From the NCBI GenBank assembly GCA_963827275.1, contig CAWHAA010000008.1, positions 384,001-448,000 of the forward strand: a DNA stretch of 64,000 bases, given 5' to 3'. This DNA is from an uncultured Spirochaetota bacterium. Lineage in GTDB: Bacteria; Spirochaetota; UBA4802; UBA5550. Positions 29,285 to 39,668 of the stretch are shown piece after piece; the stretch's first letter is position 1; every line of letters starts with the position of its first letter. The notes beneath the pieces were generated by a model. The model was not told where the DNA came from and searched no databases. It was given only the letters and a program-made list of their open reading frames with translations. A program made the translations under genes and the position numbers.

Positions 29285-29484
29285 TTTATTCCGGGGACCG
29301 CTCAATTGATGTTCGTCAACCGGGGCCCCTCCTTTTCCAGCGGGAGGGGTCCTTCGTTTGATGCACGGCACTGGCGATGGCGTGAGGGAAATGGCGGACT
29401 GGAACGTACGGCTACGTCGCTTCGATGCCAGTTATAAGCATGTCATCTTCCCGGTCCGCCCCGTGCCGCAGGGAAGCGGACCGG

Positions 29485-31737
29485 CTACGCCTTCTCAAGG
29501 GGCGTGTACTTTTCCAGGAAGGTTTTGCTCGATCTGCCGAAGAGGATGGTGAGCTTCAGGTTGTCGCCCGAGCCCTCGATGCTCAGGACGCGGCCCACGC
29601 CGTATTTCGGGTGCAGCACGCTGTCCCTGACCCTGAATTTCGATTCGCCCGGGCCGACAGAGGGCGCATCGGCCGCCGGCACTTCTTCCGTCCCGGCAGC
29701 GGCGCTCTCTGCGATGTCATAATGCGATTCGTTGTAGATCTTTTTTTCAGGAAAAAAGCCGCGCCGCGCGTTCCCCTGCTGGTACCCGGTAGAGATAAAT
29801 TCCTTCGCCGTCACGAGCTCGGCCGGTATCTCGAAGATGAACCGCGACGGCTCCTTGTGGTAGATCTCGTTGAAGGTCCGGCGCAGTTCCGCGCAGGTGA
29901 TGTAGACGCGCTCCATCGCCCTCGTGATGCCCACGTAGCAGAGGCGCCGCTCCTCCTCGATCCCCTCCTCGGTGTCTGATGAGAGCTTGTGGGGAAAGAT
30001 GTCTTCCTCCATGCCGGTCAGAAACACCACAGGGAACTCCAGCCCCTTGGCGTTGTGGACCGTCATGAGGGTCACCTGGCTTGCGCGTGAGCCGGGGTCG
30101 TCATCCGGGTTTTCCTCGGTCGTGTAGAGCGATATGTCCTGCAAAAACTGGTCGAGGGTCGCCCCGGGGTCTGACTGCTCGTAGTCGTATACGCTGTTGA
30201 CGAACTCGCTGATGTTTTCCACGCGCGAGCGGGCCTCCACGCTGTCTTCCTCCTCCAGGCTCTTCACGTACCCGGACTCCTCTATGACCCTGTTGACGAA
30301 ACCGGAGAGCTTGTTTCCCGGGAGGGCGCGGGCCGCTTCCTGGCATTTCAGGATAACGTTCCTGAATTCCATGAGCCCCTTCGGGGGCTTGTCGCCGAGG
30401 AGCCCGTCGTGGATCACCGTCCATTCGGACACGCCGGCGTTGCGGGCGGCCTCGCGGACGCGGTCGAGCGCGACCCTGCCGATGCCGCGCGCGGGCGTGT
30501 TGATGATCCTGAGCATGGAGACCAGGTCGAGGGGGTTGGCGATGAATTTCAGATAGGCGAGGACGTCCTTGATCTCCTTGCGGTCGTAGAATTTCATGCC
30601 GCCGACGACGCGGTACGGGAGGTCCTCCTTCCTCAGGCGGTCCTCAAACACGCGGGACTGCGCGTTGGTGCGGTAGAAGATCGCGAAATCGCGTCCCGAG
30701 AGCCCCTCGCGGTGCTTCAGCGAGATGATGGTGTTCACCACGAACTCGGCCTCGCCGTATTCGTTGTTGGCGCGGCACCAGACCACCGGCTCCCCGTCGC
30801 CCTTGTGCGAGCGTATCTCCTTTATCTTGCGGTTCACGTTGTTCCGTATCACCGCGGAGGCGGCGTCAAGTATCGGCCGCGTGGAGCGGTAGTTCGTGTC
30901 CAGGGTGACAACCGCCGCGCCCGGGTAGTCCTTCTCGAAGTTCAGGATGTTGCGGATGTCCGCGCCGCGCCAGGAGTAGATCGACTGGTCATCGTCCCCG
31001 ACCACGCAGATGTTCTTCCCGGCCGCCGCGAGATGCTTTGCGATCAGGTATTGCGCGTAGTTGGTGTCCTGGTACTCGTCGATCATGAAATAGGTCCACT
31101 GCCGCTGCAGCTTTTCCAGGGCACCGGTCCCTGAGCGGAGGAGGTGGACGGTCTTGATCAGCAGATCGTTGAAGTCGAGCGCGTTGTTCGCCGCGAGGCG
31201 TTTGTGGTACTCGTCGTAGATCTCATGGAAATCGTATGAGAAGTTTTTCTGGAGGAGGAGTGCCGGGTCGGCGCCGTCGATCAGCTCGGCCCGGTCCTTC
31301 ACTTCGGATATTTTTGACGCGATCGATTCCGGCCTGATCTTTTTCGGGTCAAGCCGCATCTGCAGCAATATCTCCTTGATGAGCGACGCCTGGTCCGACG
31401 TGTCGTAGATGGAAAAGGACGACGGTATGCCGATCGCATCGCCGTACCTGCGGAGAATGTAGACGGAGGCGGCGTGAAAGGTCTTGATGAAAACGCTCGA
31501 CCCCTGGGGCCCGATGAGCTTCACGATCCGGTTTTTCATCTCCTCGGTCGCCTTGTTGGTGAAGGTGACGGCGAAGATCCCCGAGGGGGGCACGAGCTTT
31601 TCCCCGACCAGGCGGGCGATGCGGTGGGTGATGACCCTCGTCTTGCCCGACCCCGCCCCCGCCAGGATGAGGAGGGGCCCCCCGGTATGGAGTACCGCTT
31701 TTTTCTGGCTGTCGTTAAGGGAATCGAGGATGGACAT
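29485..31737 (-). CDS. pcrA: ATP-dependent DNA helicase UvrD/PcrA
   Basis: AGAGSGKT, DEYQD, VGDDDQSIYSWRGA, KGLEF, EERRLCYVGITRA; C-terminal Tudor-like HPKYGVG. Confidence 0.95.
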   Translation of the reverse strand: MSILDSLNDSQKKAVLHTGGPLLILAGAGSGKTRVITHRIARLVGEKLVPPSGIFAVTFTNKATEEMKNRIVKLIGPQGSSVFIKTFHAASVYILRRYGDAIGIPSSFSIYDTSDQASLIKEILLQMRLDPKKIRPESIASKISEVKDRAELIDGADPALLLQKNFSYDFHEIYDEYHKRLAANNALDFNDLLIKTVHLLRSGTGALEKLQRQWTYFMIDEYQDTNYAQYLIAKHLAAAGKNICVVGDDDQSIYSWRGADIRNILNFEKDYPGAAVVTLDTNYRSTRPILDAASAVIRNNVNRKIKEIRSHKGDGEPVVWCRANNEYGEAEFVVNTIISLKHREGLSGRDFAIFYRTNAQSRVFEDRLRKEDLPYRVVGGMKFYDRKEIKDVLAYLKFIANPLDLVSMLRIINTPARGIGRVALDRVREAARNAGVSEWTVIHDGLLGDKPPKGLMEFRNVILKCQEAARALPGNKLSGFVNRVIEESGYVKSLEEEDSVEARSRVENISEFVNSVYDYEQSDPGATLDQFLQDISLYTTEENPDDDPGSRASQVTLMTVHNAKGLEFPVVFLTGMEEDIFPHKLSSDTEEGIEEERRLCYVGITRAMERVYITCAELRRTFNEIYHKEPSRFIFEIPAELVTAKEFISTGYQQGNARRGFFPEKKIYNESHYDIAESAAAGTEEVPAADAPSVGPGESKFRVRDSVLHPKYGVGRVLSIEGSGDNLKLTILFGRSSKTFLEKYTPLEKA

Positions 31738-32035
31738 TGCAGTTCCTTTGCCGGACGGAGGCCCGTATGGTCTAATTGCCCTACGATCCTTCTTCCCCCC
31801 CGTAGAGGCAAGAAGAAAAAACCGCCGCCGCGTTTTTTTATGGTATGCCCGCGCCGCGCCCGGCAGCGCGCCGGGAAAGGCGTAAAACCGGTAAAAGAAG
31901 CGGTTTTTATCGGCACATGGTAGTAACGTACGGCAAAGCAAATTAATAAAAAAATTTTGTTTACTGTTTGACAAAGTGTTCCGTCATTAATCTGGATGAG
32001 AGAGTGCCCTATCCGCATTGCGCGCAGGTGAAACA

Positions 32036-32935
32036 ATGGCTGAAATAATACTGGTGGTTGATGATTCAAGGATCGACACGGCCTTTTTGACCAGGATGCT
32101 CGCTGACTACGTGGTCGTGAGCGCGGCCAGCGGCGCGGAGATGTGGCGGGCCCTTGAGAAAGGGTCGCCCTCGATCATTCTCATGGACGTGGTGCTGCCT
32201 GACGTTGACGGCTTCGAGCTCGCGAAGAAGCTGTCGGGCATTGACAGGTTCGCCGATATCCCCATCGTATTCATCACCTCGAAGGACGCCGGCAGGGATG
32301 TGGAGCGCGGCTTCGATTCAGGCGGCGTGGATTATATAAAGAAGCCCTTTAACGAGATCGAGCTCCAGGCGCGCATCAGGTCGGCGCTCCAGAGGAACCG
32401 CCAGGAGCGGGAGCTGCGGGAGAAGACCGTCACGGACCCCCTGACCGGCGTGCACAACCGCCGCTATTTTTTCGAGACCCTGGATACCATCATCGAGCAC
32501 GCGCGCCGGAACCCCGGTCACCGCTTTTCCATCGCCATGCTGGACATCGACCATTTCAAGGCCATAAACGACGCGCTGGGCCACCAGGCGGGCGATTTCA
32601 TCCTGAAGCAGATAGCGGACGTTCTGAAGAAGAGCATCAGGCCGTATGACCTGCTGGCGCGCTACGGCGGGGAGGAATTCATCATCCTTTTCAAGGATTG
32701 CAACAGGAGCGAGTCGGGGGAGATCCTCCGGAGGATCAAAGACACTGTCTCGCAGGCTGAATACAGCTTCAATGATACGTCCCTTCACGTCACGTTCAGC
32801 AGCGGGATTGCCGACCTGGGCGACATCCACTCCGAGACGGCCACGGCGGAGGAGCTGGTGAGGATCTCCGACGAGCGCCTCTACCGCGCCAAGGAGGGCG
32901 GGCGGAACAGGATCGTCATCGATTCCGGGGTATAA
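32036..32935 (+). CDS. Response regulator receiver-GGDEF diguanylate cyclase
   Basis: VVDD...MD..P, KPF; DPLTG..NRR, DIDHFK, RPYD I-site, RYGGEEF. Confidence 0.93.
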   Translation: MAEIILVVDDSRIDTAFLTRMLADYVVVSAASGAEMWRALEKGSPSIILMDVVLPDVDGFELAKKLSGIDRFADIPIVFITSKDAGRDVERGFDSGGVDYIKKPFNEIELQARIRSALQRNRQERELREKTVTDPLTGVHNRRYFFETLDTIIEHARRNPGHRFSIAMLDIDHFKAINDALGHQAGDFILKQIADVLKKSIRPYDLLARYGGEEFIILFKDCNRSESGEILRRIKDTVSQAEYSFNDTSLHVTFSSGIADLGDIHSETATAEELVRISDERLYRAKEGGRNRIVIDSGV

Positions 32936-33067
32936 CCCCCGGCGGGACGGTCCGCGTACCTTCAGCCGTGCCCCCGGGGGCGCATAAAAAAAGCTTGAAA
33001 TCTAAATCGGTATATCCCATATTGGCTGAGAATAGGATACGGTTTTGATATGATGTCGCGCGATACG

Positions 33068-33093
33068 AGAGAGTGGTCAACCCACTCTCTTTT
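33068..33093 (+). promoter_or_regulatory. rimP leader hairpin/attenuator
   Basis: AGAGAGTGG-TCAAC-CCACTCTCT-TTT upstream of rimP, resembling the conserved rimP leader; TTGAAA-N17-CATATT promoter at 32995-33023. Confidence 0.7.
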
Positions 33094-33183
33094 ACTATGG
33101 GTCCGGGATCAAAACCCCGGCGGCGAGGGGGTCCTCGCGGGAGTTCCCGGTACCGCATTACATCGAGAGTATCAGTTAACAAC

Positions 33184-33624
33184 GTGCAGTTAAAAGAAAG
33201 AATTTCAGATCTCGTCCAGGAGACCGCCGCCCGGCTCGGTTACATGGTTTACGAATCATCGATCCTTTTTAAAGGTGAGAATTCCCAGATTCACGTGAAA
33301 ATCGACAGCCTTGCGGGGATCTCGCACAATGACTGCGAGAATTTTTCCAGGGAGCTGTCGGCACGCCTTGACAGCGACGATATCCTCCCGAATTATTCAC
33401 TGGAAGTGTCATCGCCGGGACTGAACCGGCTGCTGCGCAGTGGAGAGGAATTCAGACGTTTCGCAGGGGCTCCCGTCAAAGTCGTGTACGACGAGGGGGC
33501 CGAGCGCAGAGTGGCCAAGGGGACCGTCGCATCGGCGGATGACGCCGCGGTGACGGTTGCCACCGAAAAGGGAGCGATTGCAATATCATACAAAGCCATT
33601 ACCAGCGCTAATCTTGATTATTAA
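33184..33624 (+). CDS. rimP: Ribosome maturation factor RimP
   Basis: DCENFSRELS, YSLEVSSPGLNR; position before nusA; GTG start inferred. Confidence 0.9.
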   Translation: MQLKERISDLVQETAARLGYMVYESSILFKGENSQIHVKIDSLAGISHNDCENFSRELSARLDSDDILPNYSLEVSSPGLNRLLRSGEEFRRFAGAPVKVVYDEGAERRVAKGTVASADDAAVTVATEKGAIAISYKAITSANLDY

Positions 33625-33638
33625 AGGGTGCAGGAGCC

Positions 33639-35054
33639 ATGAGCAAGAATTTTTTTGAGGCATTACATGAGATAGCCACCGACAAGGGCATTCCGCGGGA
33701 ATATATCGAGCAGATCGTCGAATCGGCGATGCTGTCCGCGTTCAAAAAGCAGTACGGGATGATCGATAACGTGCGGGTCGTCTTCGACCGCGACAGGAAC
33801 AGCGTGAAGGTCGTCTCAAAGAAGATGGTGGTCAAGACCGTCAGGAACAGGGCGGAGGAGATATCCAGGGACGAGGCGGAGAAGATCGCGCCGGACGCGC
33901 AGCCGGGGGACGAAATCGATGTCGAGGAAGACCCCCTCGAATCCTTCGGACGGATCGCCGCCCAGACCGCCAAGCAGGTCATTATACAGAAGATAAAGGA
34001 AGCAGAGAAGAACATCATATACGACGAGTTTGCCGACAAGGAAGGCGACCTTATCAACGGGTTCCTCCAGCGGAAGACCAAGGACGCGATCTATATCGAC
34101 CTCGGCCGGACGGAAGGGATCCTTCCCGCCCGGGAGCAGTCGCCGCTCGAACACTACAAGATCGGCGACCGGGTCAAGGCGCTGATCCTGGCGGTGCAGA
34201 AAAATTCCAAGGGGCCGAGCATCATCCTCTCCCGGACGCACCCCCGGTTCGTCGAGAAGCTTTTTGAGATGGAGATCCCCGAGATATACGACGGCGTCGT
34301 GCGGATCGTCAACATCGTCCGGGAGCCGGGCATGCGCACCAAGGTCGCCGTCACCAGCGAGCGGGACGACGTTGATTCCGTCGGCGCCTGCGTCGGCATG
34401 AAGGGGATTCGCATCCAGTCCATCGTGCGCGAGATGGAGGGGGAAAAGATCGACGTGGTCGAGCATTTCGACGACCGGAAGATCATGGCCGCCAACTCCC
34501 TCACGCCGGCGAAGGTGGTCGAGATCGTGGAGAAATCCGACGGCGGCGTCATCGCGGTCGTTGACAACGACCAGAAGCACCTGGCGCTCGGCAAGGCGGG
34601 GCACAACGTGCGCCTCGCGTCCAGGCTCTGCGGCTTCGATATCGACATCAAGACGGAGGACCAGTACCGGGAGTTCCTCTCGTCCAGCGAATCGCGGGCC
34701 ATCGTGGAGCAGCTCTTCTCGACCTCCAACGCTGATGAAACGCCGCTGTCGGAGCTGCCCGGCCTTGAAGCGCGGACCATCAAGCTCCTTGAAAACGGCG
34801 GCGTGTTCTCCGTCGAGGACCTCGTTGAGAAATCACTGGAAGAGCTCATGGCGATAGACGGCATTGGCGAAAAGACAGCGAAGAAGATAATGGAGATAAT
34901 AGAAGAAAGCGTCGATTTCGACGAAACCGAAGAAGAGAAAGAGGAACCAGGAGAGGAGCAGAAGGAGGACGCAGGCACGGAAAAAAGTTCGGAAGAAGGC
35001 ACTGCTGAGACGGGAGAGGCCACGGACGCGGACGGGTCGGAAAAAGGTGAATGA
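33639..35054 (+). CDS. nusA: Transcription termination factor NusA
   Basis: FGRIAAQTAKQVI, S1, KH (REPG.RTKVAV, VGACVG), acidic tail. Confidence 0.97.
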   Translation: MSKNFFEALHEIATDKGIPREYIEQIVESAMLSAFKKQYGMIDNVRVVFDRDRNSVKVVSKKMVVKTVRNRAEEISRDEAEKIAPDAQPGDEIDVEEDPLESFGRIAAQTAKQVIIQKIKEAEKNIIYDEFADKEGDLINGFLQRKTKDAIYIDLGRTEGILPAREQSPLEHYKIGDRVKALILAVQKNSKGPSIILSRTHPRFVEKLFEMEIPEIYDGVVRIVNIVREPGMRTKVAVTSERDDVDSVGACVGMKGIRIQSIVREMEGEKIDVVEHFDDRKIMAANSLTPAKVVEIVEKSDGGVIAVVDNDQKHLALGKAGHNVRLASRLCGFDIDIKTEDQYREFLSSSESRAIVEQLFSTSNADETPLSELPGLEARTIKLLENGGVFSVEDLVEKSLEELMAIDGIGEKTAKKIMEIIEESVDFDETEEEKEEPGEEQKEDAGTEKSSEEGTAETGEATDADGSEKGE

Positions 35055-35138
35055 TCCGTCAGCGGCACGGGACGCCCGGCGAGCGCGAGAGGGGGTTCGG
35101 TCCCTCGTAATTAAAAGGTAAGGATGACAGACTGATAC

Positions 35139-37631
35139 ATGAAAGCCATTGAAATCGCAAGAAGAAATCATATCTCCATGGAAGATATGATGGAAGTGTG
35201 CCGGGAGCTTGAAATAGCATGCGAGACCGAGGACTCCGATCTCCAGGAAAAGAACATATTTCTCATTGAGAAGAAAATAGAGGCTATCAAGAAGCGCAAG
35301 GCCCAGCAGATCGAGGACAGCAAGAAGGGAAAGAAGATCAAGCTGAAGCGAAAGGTGCAGGTCCACAAGGAAGGGAAGGAAGGCGAAGCGGCCGAAGAGC
35401 CGAAGAAAGCCGAGGCCGACCACCCGACACCGGAACGGACCGGTGCGCCGGCCGCGCGTACCCCGCAGAGACGGGAAGGCGCAACGGAGCGGCCGCGCCG
35501 TCCGGGTGAAGGCCCGCACCGTCCGGGTGAGGGAGCGCGCCGTCCGGGCGAAGGCCCGCGCCGTCCTGGCGAAGGCCCGCGCCGTCCTGGTGAAGGCCCG
35601 CGCCGTCCTGGCGAAGGCCCGCGCCGTCCGGGCGAAGGCCCGCGCCGTCCTGGCGAAGGCCCGCGCCGTCCGGGCGAAGGCCCGCGCCGTCCGGGCGAAG
35701 GCCCGAGAAAAGAAGGGGAAAAGCCCACTGCCGCTATCGGCGATGGAAAAGATAAGAAAAGAAAGAAAACCAAAGAGAAAGAAAAGGACAAAAGAAAATA
35801 TAAGAAGGAACAGGAAGAAAAAGAGATAACCCTCCGGAAGAAGTCCGCGGAAGAGAGAAAGCGCGAAGCGGCCGCCCCGGACGAGATACACATCACGGAA
35901 AATATATCGGTCGGCGACCTGGCGAAGAAACTGAACATCAAGGCCGCGGACGTCATCGCCAAGCTGATGAACCTGGGCGTCATGGTGACGATCAACCAGG
36001 TCATCGACGCGGAGACCGCCGAGATCCTCTCTGCGGAATACGGCACCAACGTCAAGGTGGTTTCTCTGTATGATGAGACCGTCATCAAGCACGTCGAGGA
36101 GGACCTCCCGCAGGATTACGTGCACCGTCCGCCCGTCGTCACGGTCATGGGGCATGTCGACCACGGTAAGACGAAGCTGCTGGACGCGATACGCTCGACC
36201 AATATCATTGACAAGGAATTCGGCGGGATAACCCAGCATATCGGCGCCTACAGCGTGGTGATCCCCGGCAACAAGAAGATCACCTTCCTCGATACACCGG
36301 GCCACGAGGCCTTTACCACCATGCGGGCCCGCGGGGCAAAGGTGACCGATATTGTCGTCCTCGTGGTGGCGGCCAATGACGGCGTCATGCCGCAGACCAT
36401 CGAGGCCATCAACCACGCGAAGGACGCCGGCGTCCCCATTATCGTGGCGATAAACAAGGTTGACCTCCCCGAGGCGAACCCTGATAAGGTAAAGCACGAG
36501 CTCGCGAAGTACGATCTGGTGCAGGAATCATGGGGCGGTACAACGCTCTTCGCGGAGATAAGCGCGAAGTTCAATAAGAACATAGACACGCTGCTGGAGC
36601 TCATCCTCATCCAGGCGGAGATGCTGGAGCTGAAAGCGAACCCGAAGGTCGTCGCCAAGGGCACGGTCATCGAGTCGAAGCTCGACATGGGCCGCGGCGC
36701 CGTGTCCACGGTCCTGATACAGAACGGGACGCTCCATGTGGGCGATCCCTTCGTAATCGGCGTCTTCTCGGGGAAAGTGCGCGCCATGTTCGATGATCAC
36801 GGCAAGCCCCTGGAAGAGGCGGGGCCGTCCGTCCCGGTCGAGGTGCTCGGTATATCGGGCGTTCCGTCGGCCGGCGATCCCTTTGAAGGGGTCGATTCGG
36901 ACAAGACCGCGAAGCAGATATCCCAGAAGCGTCTCGAGTTCAAGAGGGCGGAATCGGCCAAGAAGGTGAAGAAGGTGACCCTGGAGTCCCTGAACGAGAT
37001 GATACGCGAGGGCGAGGTACAGGAGCTCCGCATCATCGTCAAGGCGGACGTCGACGGCTCGAGCCAGGCCCTGAAGGAATCACTGGAAAAATTATCGATC
37101 GGCGAGGTGCGGGTCAAGGTCATCCACACCGGCACCGGCGGCATCAACGAGTCGGACGTCATGCTGGCATCGGCCTCGAACGCCGTTATCATCGGGTACC
37201 ACGTGCGTCCCACCGGCAAGGTTTCGGAGATTGCGGAGCATGAAAACGTATCGATAAAATTCTTCAATGTCATATTCGAGGTCACCGACTCGATCAAGCT
37301 GGCAATGGAGGGAATGCTCAGACCGGAGATCAGGGAAGAGATTCTCGGGGCCGGCGAGGTGAAACAGGTGTTCAAGATATCCAAGATAGGGACCATCGCC
37401 GGGTCCATGCTCACCTCCGGAAAGATCGACCGGAGCTGCAAGGTGCGCCTGATCCGCGACAGCGTCGTCATTTTTGACGGCGCCCTCAAGTCGCTCAAGC
37501 GCTTCAAGGACGATGTGTCCGAGGTGACCGTGACCCAGGAGTTCGGTTTCGGCCTGGAGGGCTTCAACGACGTCAAGGAAGGCGACACCTTCGAGGCCTA
37601 CAAGCTGGTGGAAATTGCCAAAACGATATGA
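35139..37631 (+). CDS. infB: Translation initiation factor IF-2
   Basis: [21 protein letters not shown]. Confidence 0.98.
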   Translation: MKAIEIARRNHISMEDMMEVCRELEIACETEDSDLQEKNIFLIEKKIEAIKKRKAQQIEDSKKGKKIKLKRKVQVHKEGKEGEAAEEPKKAEADHPTPERTGAPAARTPQRREGATERPRRPGEGPHRPGEGARRPGEGPRRPGEGPRRPGEGPRRPGEGPRRPGEGPRRPGEGPRRPGEGPRRPGEGPRKEGEKPTAAIGDGKDKKRKKTKEKEKDKRKYKKEQEEKEITLRKKSAEERKREAAAPDEIHITENISVGDLAKKLNIKAADVIAKLMNLGVMVTINQVIDAETAEILSAEYGTNVKVVSLYDETVIKHVEEDLPQDYVHRPPVVTVMGHVDHGKTKLLDAIRSTNIIDKEFGGITQHIGAYSVVIPGNKKITFLDTPGHEAFTTMRARGAKVTDIVVLVVAANDGVMPQTIEAINHAKDAGVPIIVAINKVDLPEANPDKVKHELAKYDLVQESWGGTTLFAEISAKFNKNIDTLLELILIQAEMLELKANPKVVAKGTVIESKLDMGRGAVSTVLIQNGTLHVGDPFVIGVFSGKVRAMFDDHGKPLEEAGPSVPVEVLGISGVPSAGDPFEGVDSDKTAKQISQKRLEFKRAESAKKVKKVTLESLNEMIREGEVQELRIIVKADVDGSSQALKESLEKLSIGEVRVKVIHTGTGGINESDVMLASASNAVIIGYHVRPTGKVSEIAEHENVSIKFFNVIFEVTDSIKLAMEGMLRPEIREEILGAGEVKQVFKISKIGTIAGSMLTSGKIDRSCKVRLIRDSVVIFDGALKSLKRFKDDVSEVTVTQEFGFGLEGFNDVKEGDTFEAYKLVEIAKTI
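35496..35705 (+). repeat. Ten tandem 21-bp units encoding (R/H)RPGEG(P/A) in the IF-2 N-terminal linker
   Basis: CGCCGTCC(G/T)GG(C/T)GAAGGCCCG x10 = 210 bp. Confidence 0.95.
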
Positions 37632-37771
37632 TGCGCCGTTAGATGCAACTGCGGGAATGAGGCAGTCCATATATACGCTGTCCGCCATGTGTCCGCCCGG
37701 CTCGCACAGTATGCGCGACAGCGTGTGCCGGGATGCCCTCGCTTCTATCATCTGAAAGCATTGGAAATACC

Positions 37772-38185
37772 ATGGGTTACAGAAAAGAAAAATTGGAAGA
37801 GCAGATCCGGAGAATAGTCTCCGAGCTCTTGATACGCGAGATAAAGGACCCGAGGATCGGGTTCGCGACCATCACCGGCGTGGAGCTGGCCAAGGATTAC
37901 TCGACGGCCAGGATCGGTGTATCGGTGCTCGGGGAGCCGCGCGATCTGAGGAAAACCTTCGAAGGGATCCAGTCGGCGACCCCCTTCATACAGCACCGGG
38001 TGGGAAAGAGCCTGAGCATCAGAATCACCCCGAAGATATCATTCTACCTTGATTCATCAATCGCGGAAGGGACGCGGATGGTAAATATTCTGAATACCCT
38101 CGAGGAAGCGGAGAGGGGATCGGAACATGAGGGCGCCCGCGGCGATGACGAGGAGCGTCCTGACGATGAACCGGCCGATGAGTAG
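37772..38185 (+). CDS. rbfA: Ribosome-binding factor A
   Basis: IKDPRIGFATITGV, ITPKISFYLD; operon position. Confidence 0.93.
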   Translation: MGYRKEKLEEQIRRIVSELLIREIKDPRIGFATITGVELAKDYSTARIGVSVLGEPRDLRKTFEGIQSATPFIQHRVGKSLSIRITPKISFYLDSSIAEGTRMVNILNTLEEAERGSEHEGARGDDEERPDDEPADE

Positions 38186-39149
38186 GCGCCGCCGGCGCGC
38201 CGCCGGGAGCGCACCCGTGTCCGCACTGGCGGACGCGATACTGCTTGTCGATAAGCCGGAGGGGAAGACCTCCTACGAGACGGTCAGCGCGGTGTGCCGC
38301 CTGACCGGCGCGACGCGGACCGGACACGCCGGTACGCTGGACCGGTTTGCGTCCGGGCTTCTTGTCGCCTGCAACGGCCGGTCGACCCGGCTGGCGCGGT
38401 ACCTCCTTGAGGAGGACAAGACCTATACCGGGACGGTGAAGCTCGGCGTGAGCACCGATACCGATGACCGCGAGGGCGCGGTCACCGACGTGCGCCCCGT
38501 GACGGGGATCACCCTGGAATCGGTGCAGCATGCGGCGCGGGAATTCACCGGGGAGCTCATGCAGACGCCGCCGCGCTACTCTGCCCTGAAGATCAACGGC
38601 AGGAGGGCGTCGGACCGGGTCCGGAGCGGCGAGGAGGTCGTGCTTTCGCCGCGGAGGGTGACGGTCTACGATTTCGAGATATGCGGCATGGACCCGGACG
38701 GGGTCCGTTTTTCATTCCGCGTCCGCTGCTCCAAGGGGACCTATGTCCGCTCCCTGGCGCGTGACATGGGCGCCATGCTGGGGACCGGGGCGCACCTCGA
38801 GCGCCTGCGGCGCACCGGGGCGGGCCGTTTCAGCATAGAGGACGCCGTCACCCTCGATGAGCTGGCCGAGCATGTCCGGGAAGGGGGGCAACGCGTCAGC
38901 CGCAGGTTTATCGTCACGCCCCGGGACGCATTGGGCGATTACGGCAGGATCACTGTCACCGGCGACGCGCGGGACAGAATCCTGAACGGGGCAGGCTTTT
39001 CCCGGGAATCCGCGTTGAAAATAGTGGATAACGGGGGAAAAATATTCATTATTATGGATGAAACAGAAAATCTTATTGCAATTGCTGATGTGGATATCCA
39101 AAAATGGCTAATTAAATATTTAAATGTATTTAAAGAAGAGACTCAATAA
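38178..39149 (+). CDS. truB: tRNA pseudouridine(55) synthase
   Basis: DKPEG, GHAGTLD, PPRYSALK, CSKGTYVRSLA. Confidence 0.95.
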   Translation: MSRRRRRAAGSAPVSALADAILLVDKPEGKTSYETVSAVCRLTGATRTGHAGTLDRFASGLLVACNGRSTRLARYLLEEDKTYTGTVKLGVSTDTDDREGAVTDVRPVTGITLESVQHAAREFTGELMQTPPRYSALKINGRRASDRVRSGEEVVLSPRRVTVYDFEICGMDPDGVRFSFRVRCSKGTYVRSLARDMGAMLGTGAHLERLRRTGAGRFSIEDAVTLDELAEHVREGGQRVSRRFIVTPRDALGDYGRITVTGDARDRILNGAGFSRESALKIVDNGGKIFIIMDETENLIAIADVDIQKWLIKYLNVFKEETQ

Positions 39150-39215
39150 TAATAGGGAAGATTCGGCATCGATGCTGATCATATAACAACACTCGTAGGG
39201 AGGACAGTAGCAACA

Positions 39216-39473
39216 ATGAGTCAGAAACATGAGATTATTGAGAAATACAAAACTCATGACAAGGATACCGGTTCCCCGGAGGTGCAGATTGCCCTTCTGA
39301 CGGACCGGATCAACCAGTTGACCGAGCATTTCAAGGTCCATGCCAAGGATTTTCATTCCCGGCGCGGTCTGCTCAAACTTGTCGGGCAGAGACGGCGGCA
39401 CCTTGATTATCTGAAGAAGAAGAACCTGGAGAGCTATCGCAGCCTCATCAAGGAACTGGGCATCCGCAGATAA
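39216..39473 (+). CDS. rpsO: 30S ribosomal protein S15
   Basis: [21 protein letters not shown]. Confidence 0.98.
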   Translation: MSQKHEIIEKYKTHDKDTGSPEVQIALLTDRINQLTEHFKVHAKDFHSRRGLLKLVGQRRRHLDYLKKKNLESYRSLIKELGIRR

Positions 39474-39537
39474 CCGGGGGCCCGCATACAATCTCCCCGG
39501 GGATGCCACGGCATCGGCGAAGAGGGTGGAGACGTCT

Positions 39538-39611
39538 TGTGCCGGAATATAGGAGCCAGAAATCCCGATATCAGCGGATACCGCGATCTCTGACGTCTAT
39601 ATTCCGGTACA
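39538..39611 (+). promoter_or_regulatory. Long hairpin in pnp leader, candidate RNase III site
   Basis: TGTGCCGGAATATAG(39538-52) pairs with CTATATTCCGGTACA(39597-611), with further imperfect inner pairing. Confidence 0.6.
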
Positions 39612-39668
39612 CCCGTTGCCTGAGCCTGCACCCCGCGGAGAAAACAGCAACGTAACGAGGTAACAACT

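Noticed and set aside
35496..35705. CRISPR array
   Set aside because: Units are contiguous, have no spacers and are in frame within infB
37675..37724. Hairpin between infB and rbfA as an ncRNA
   Set aside because: Only an 8-bp stem (ACGCTGTC/GACAGCGT) in GC-rich DNA; too weak to call
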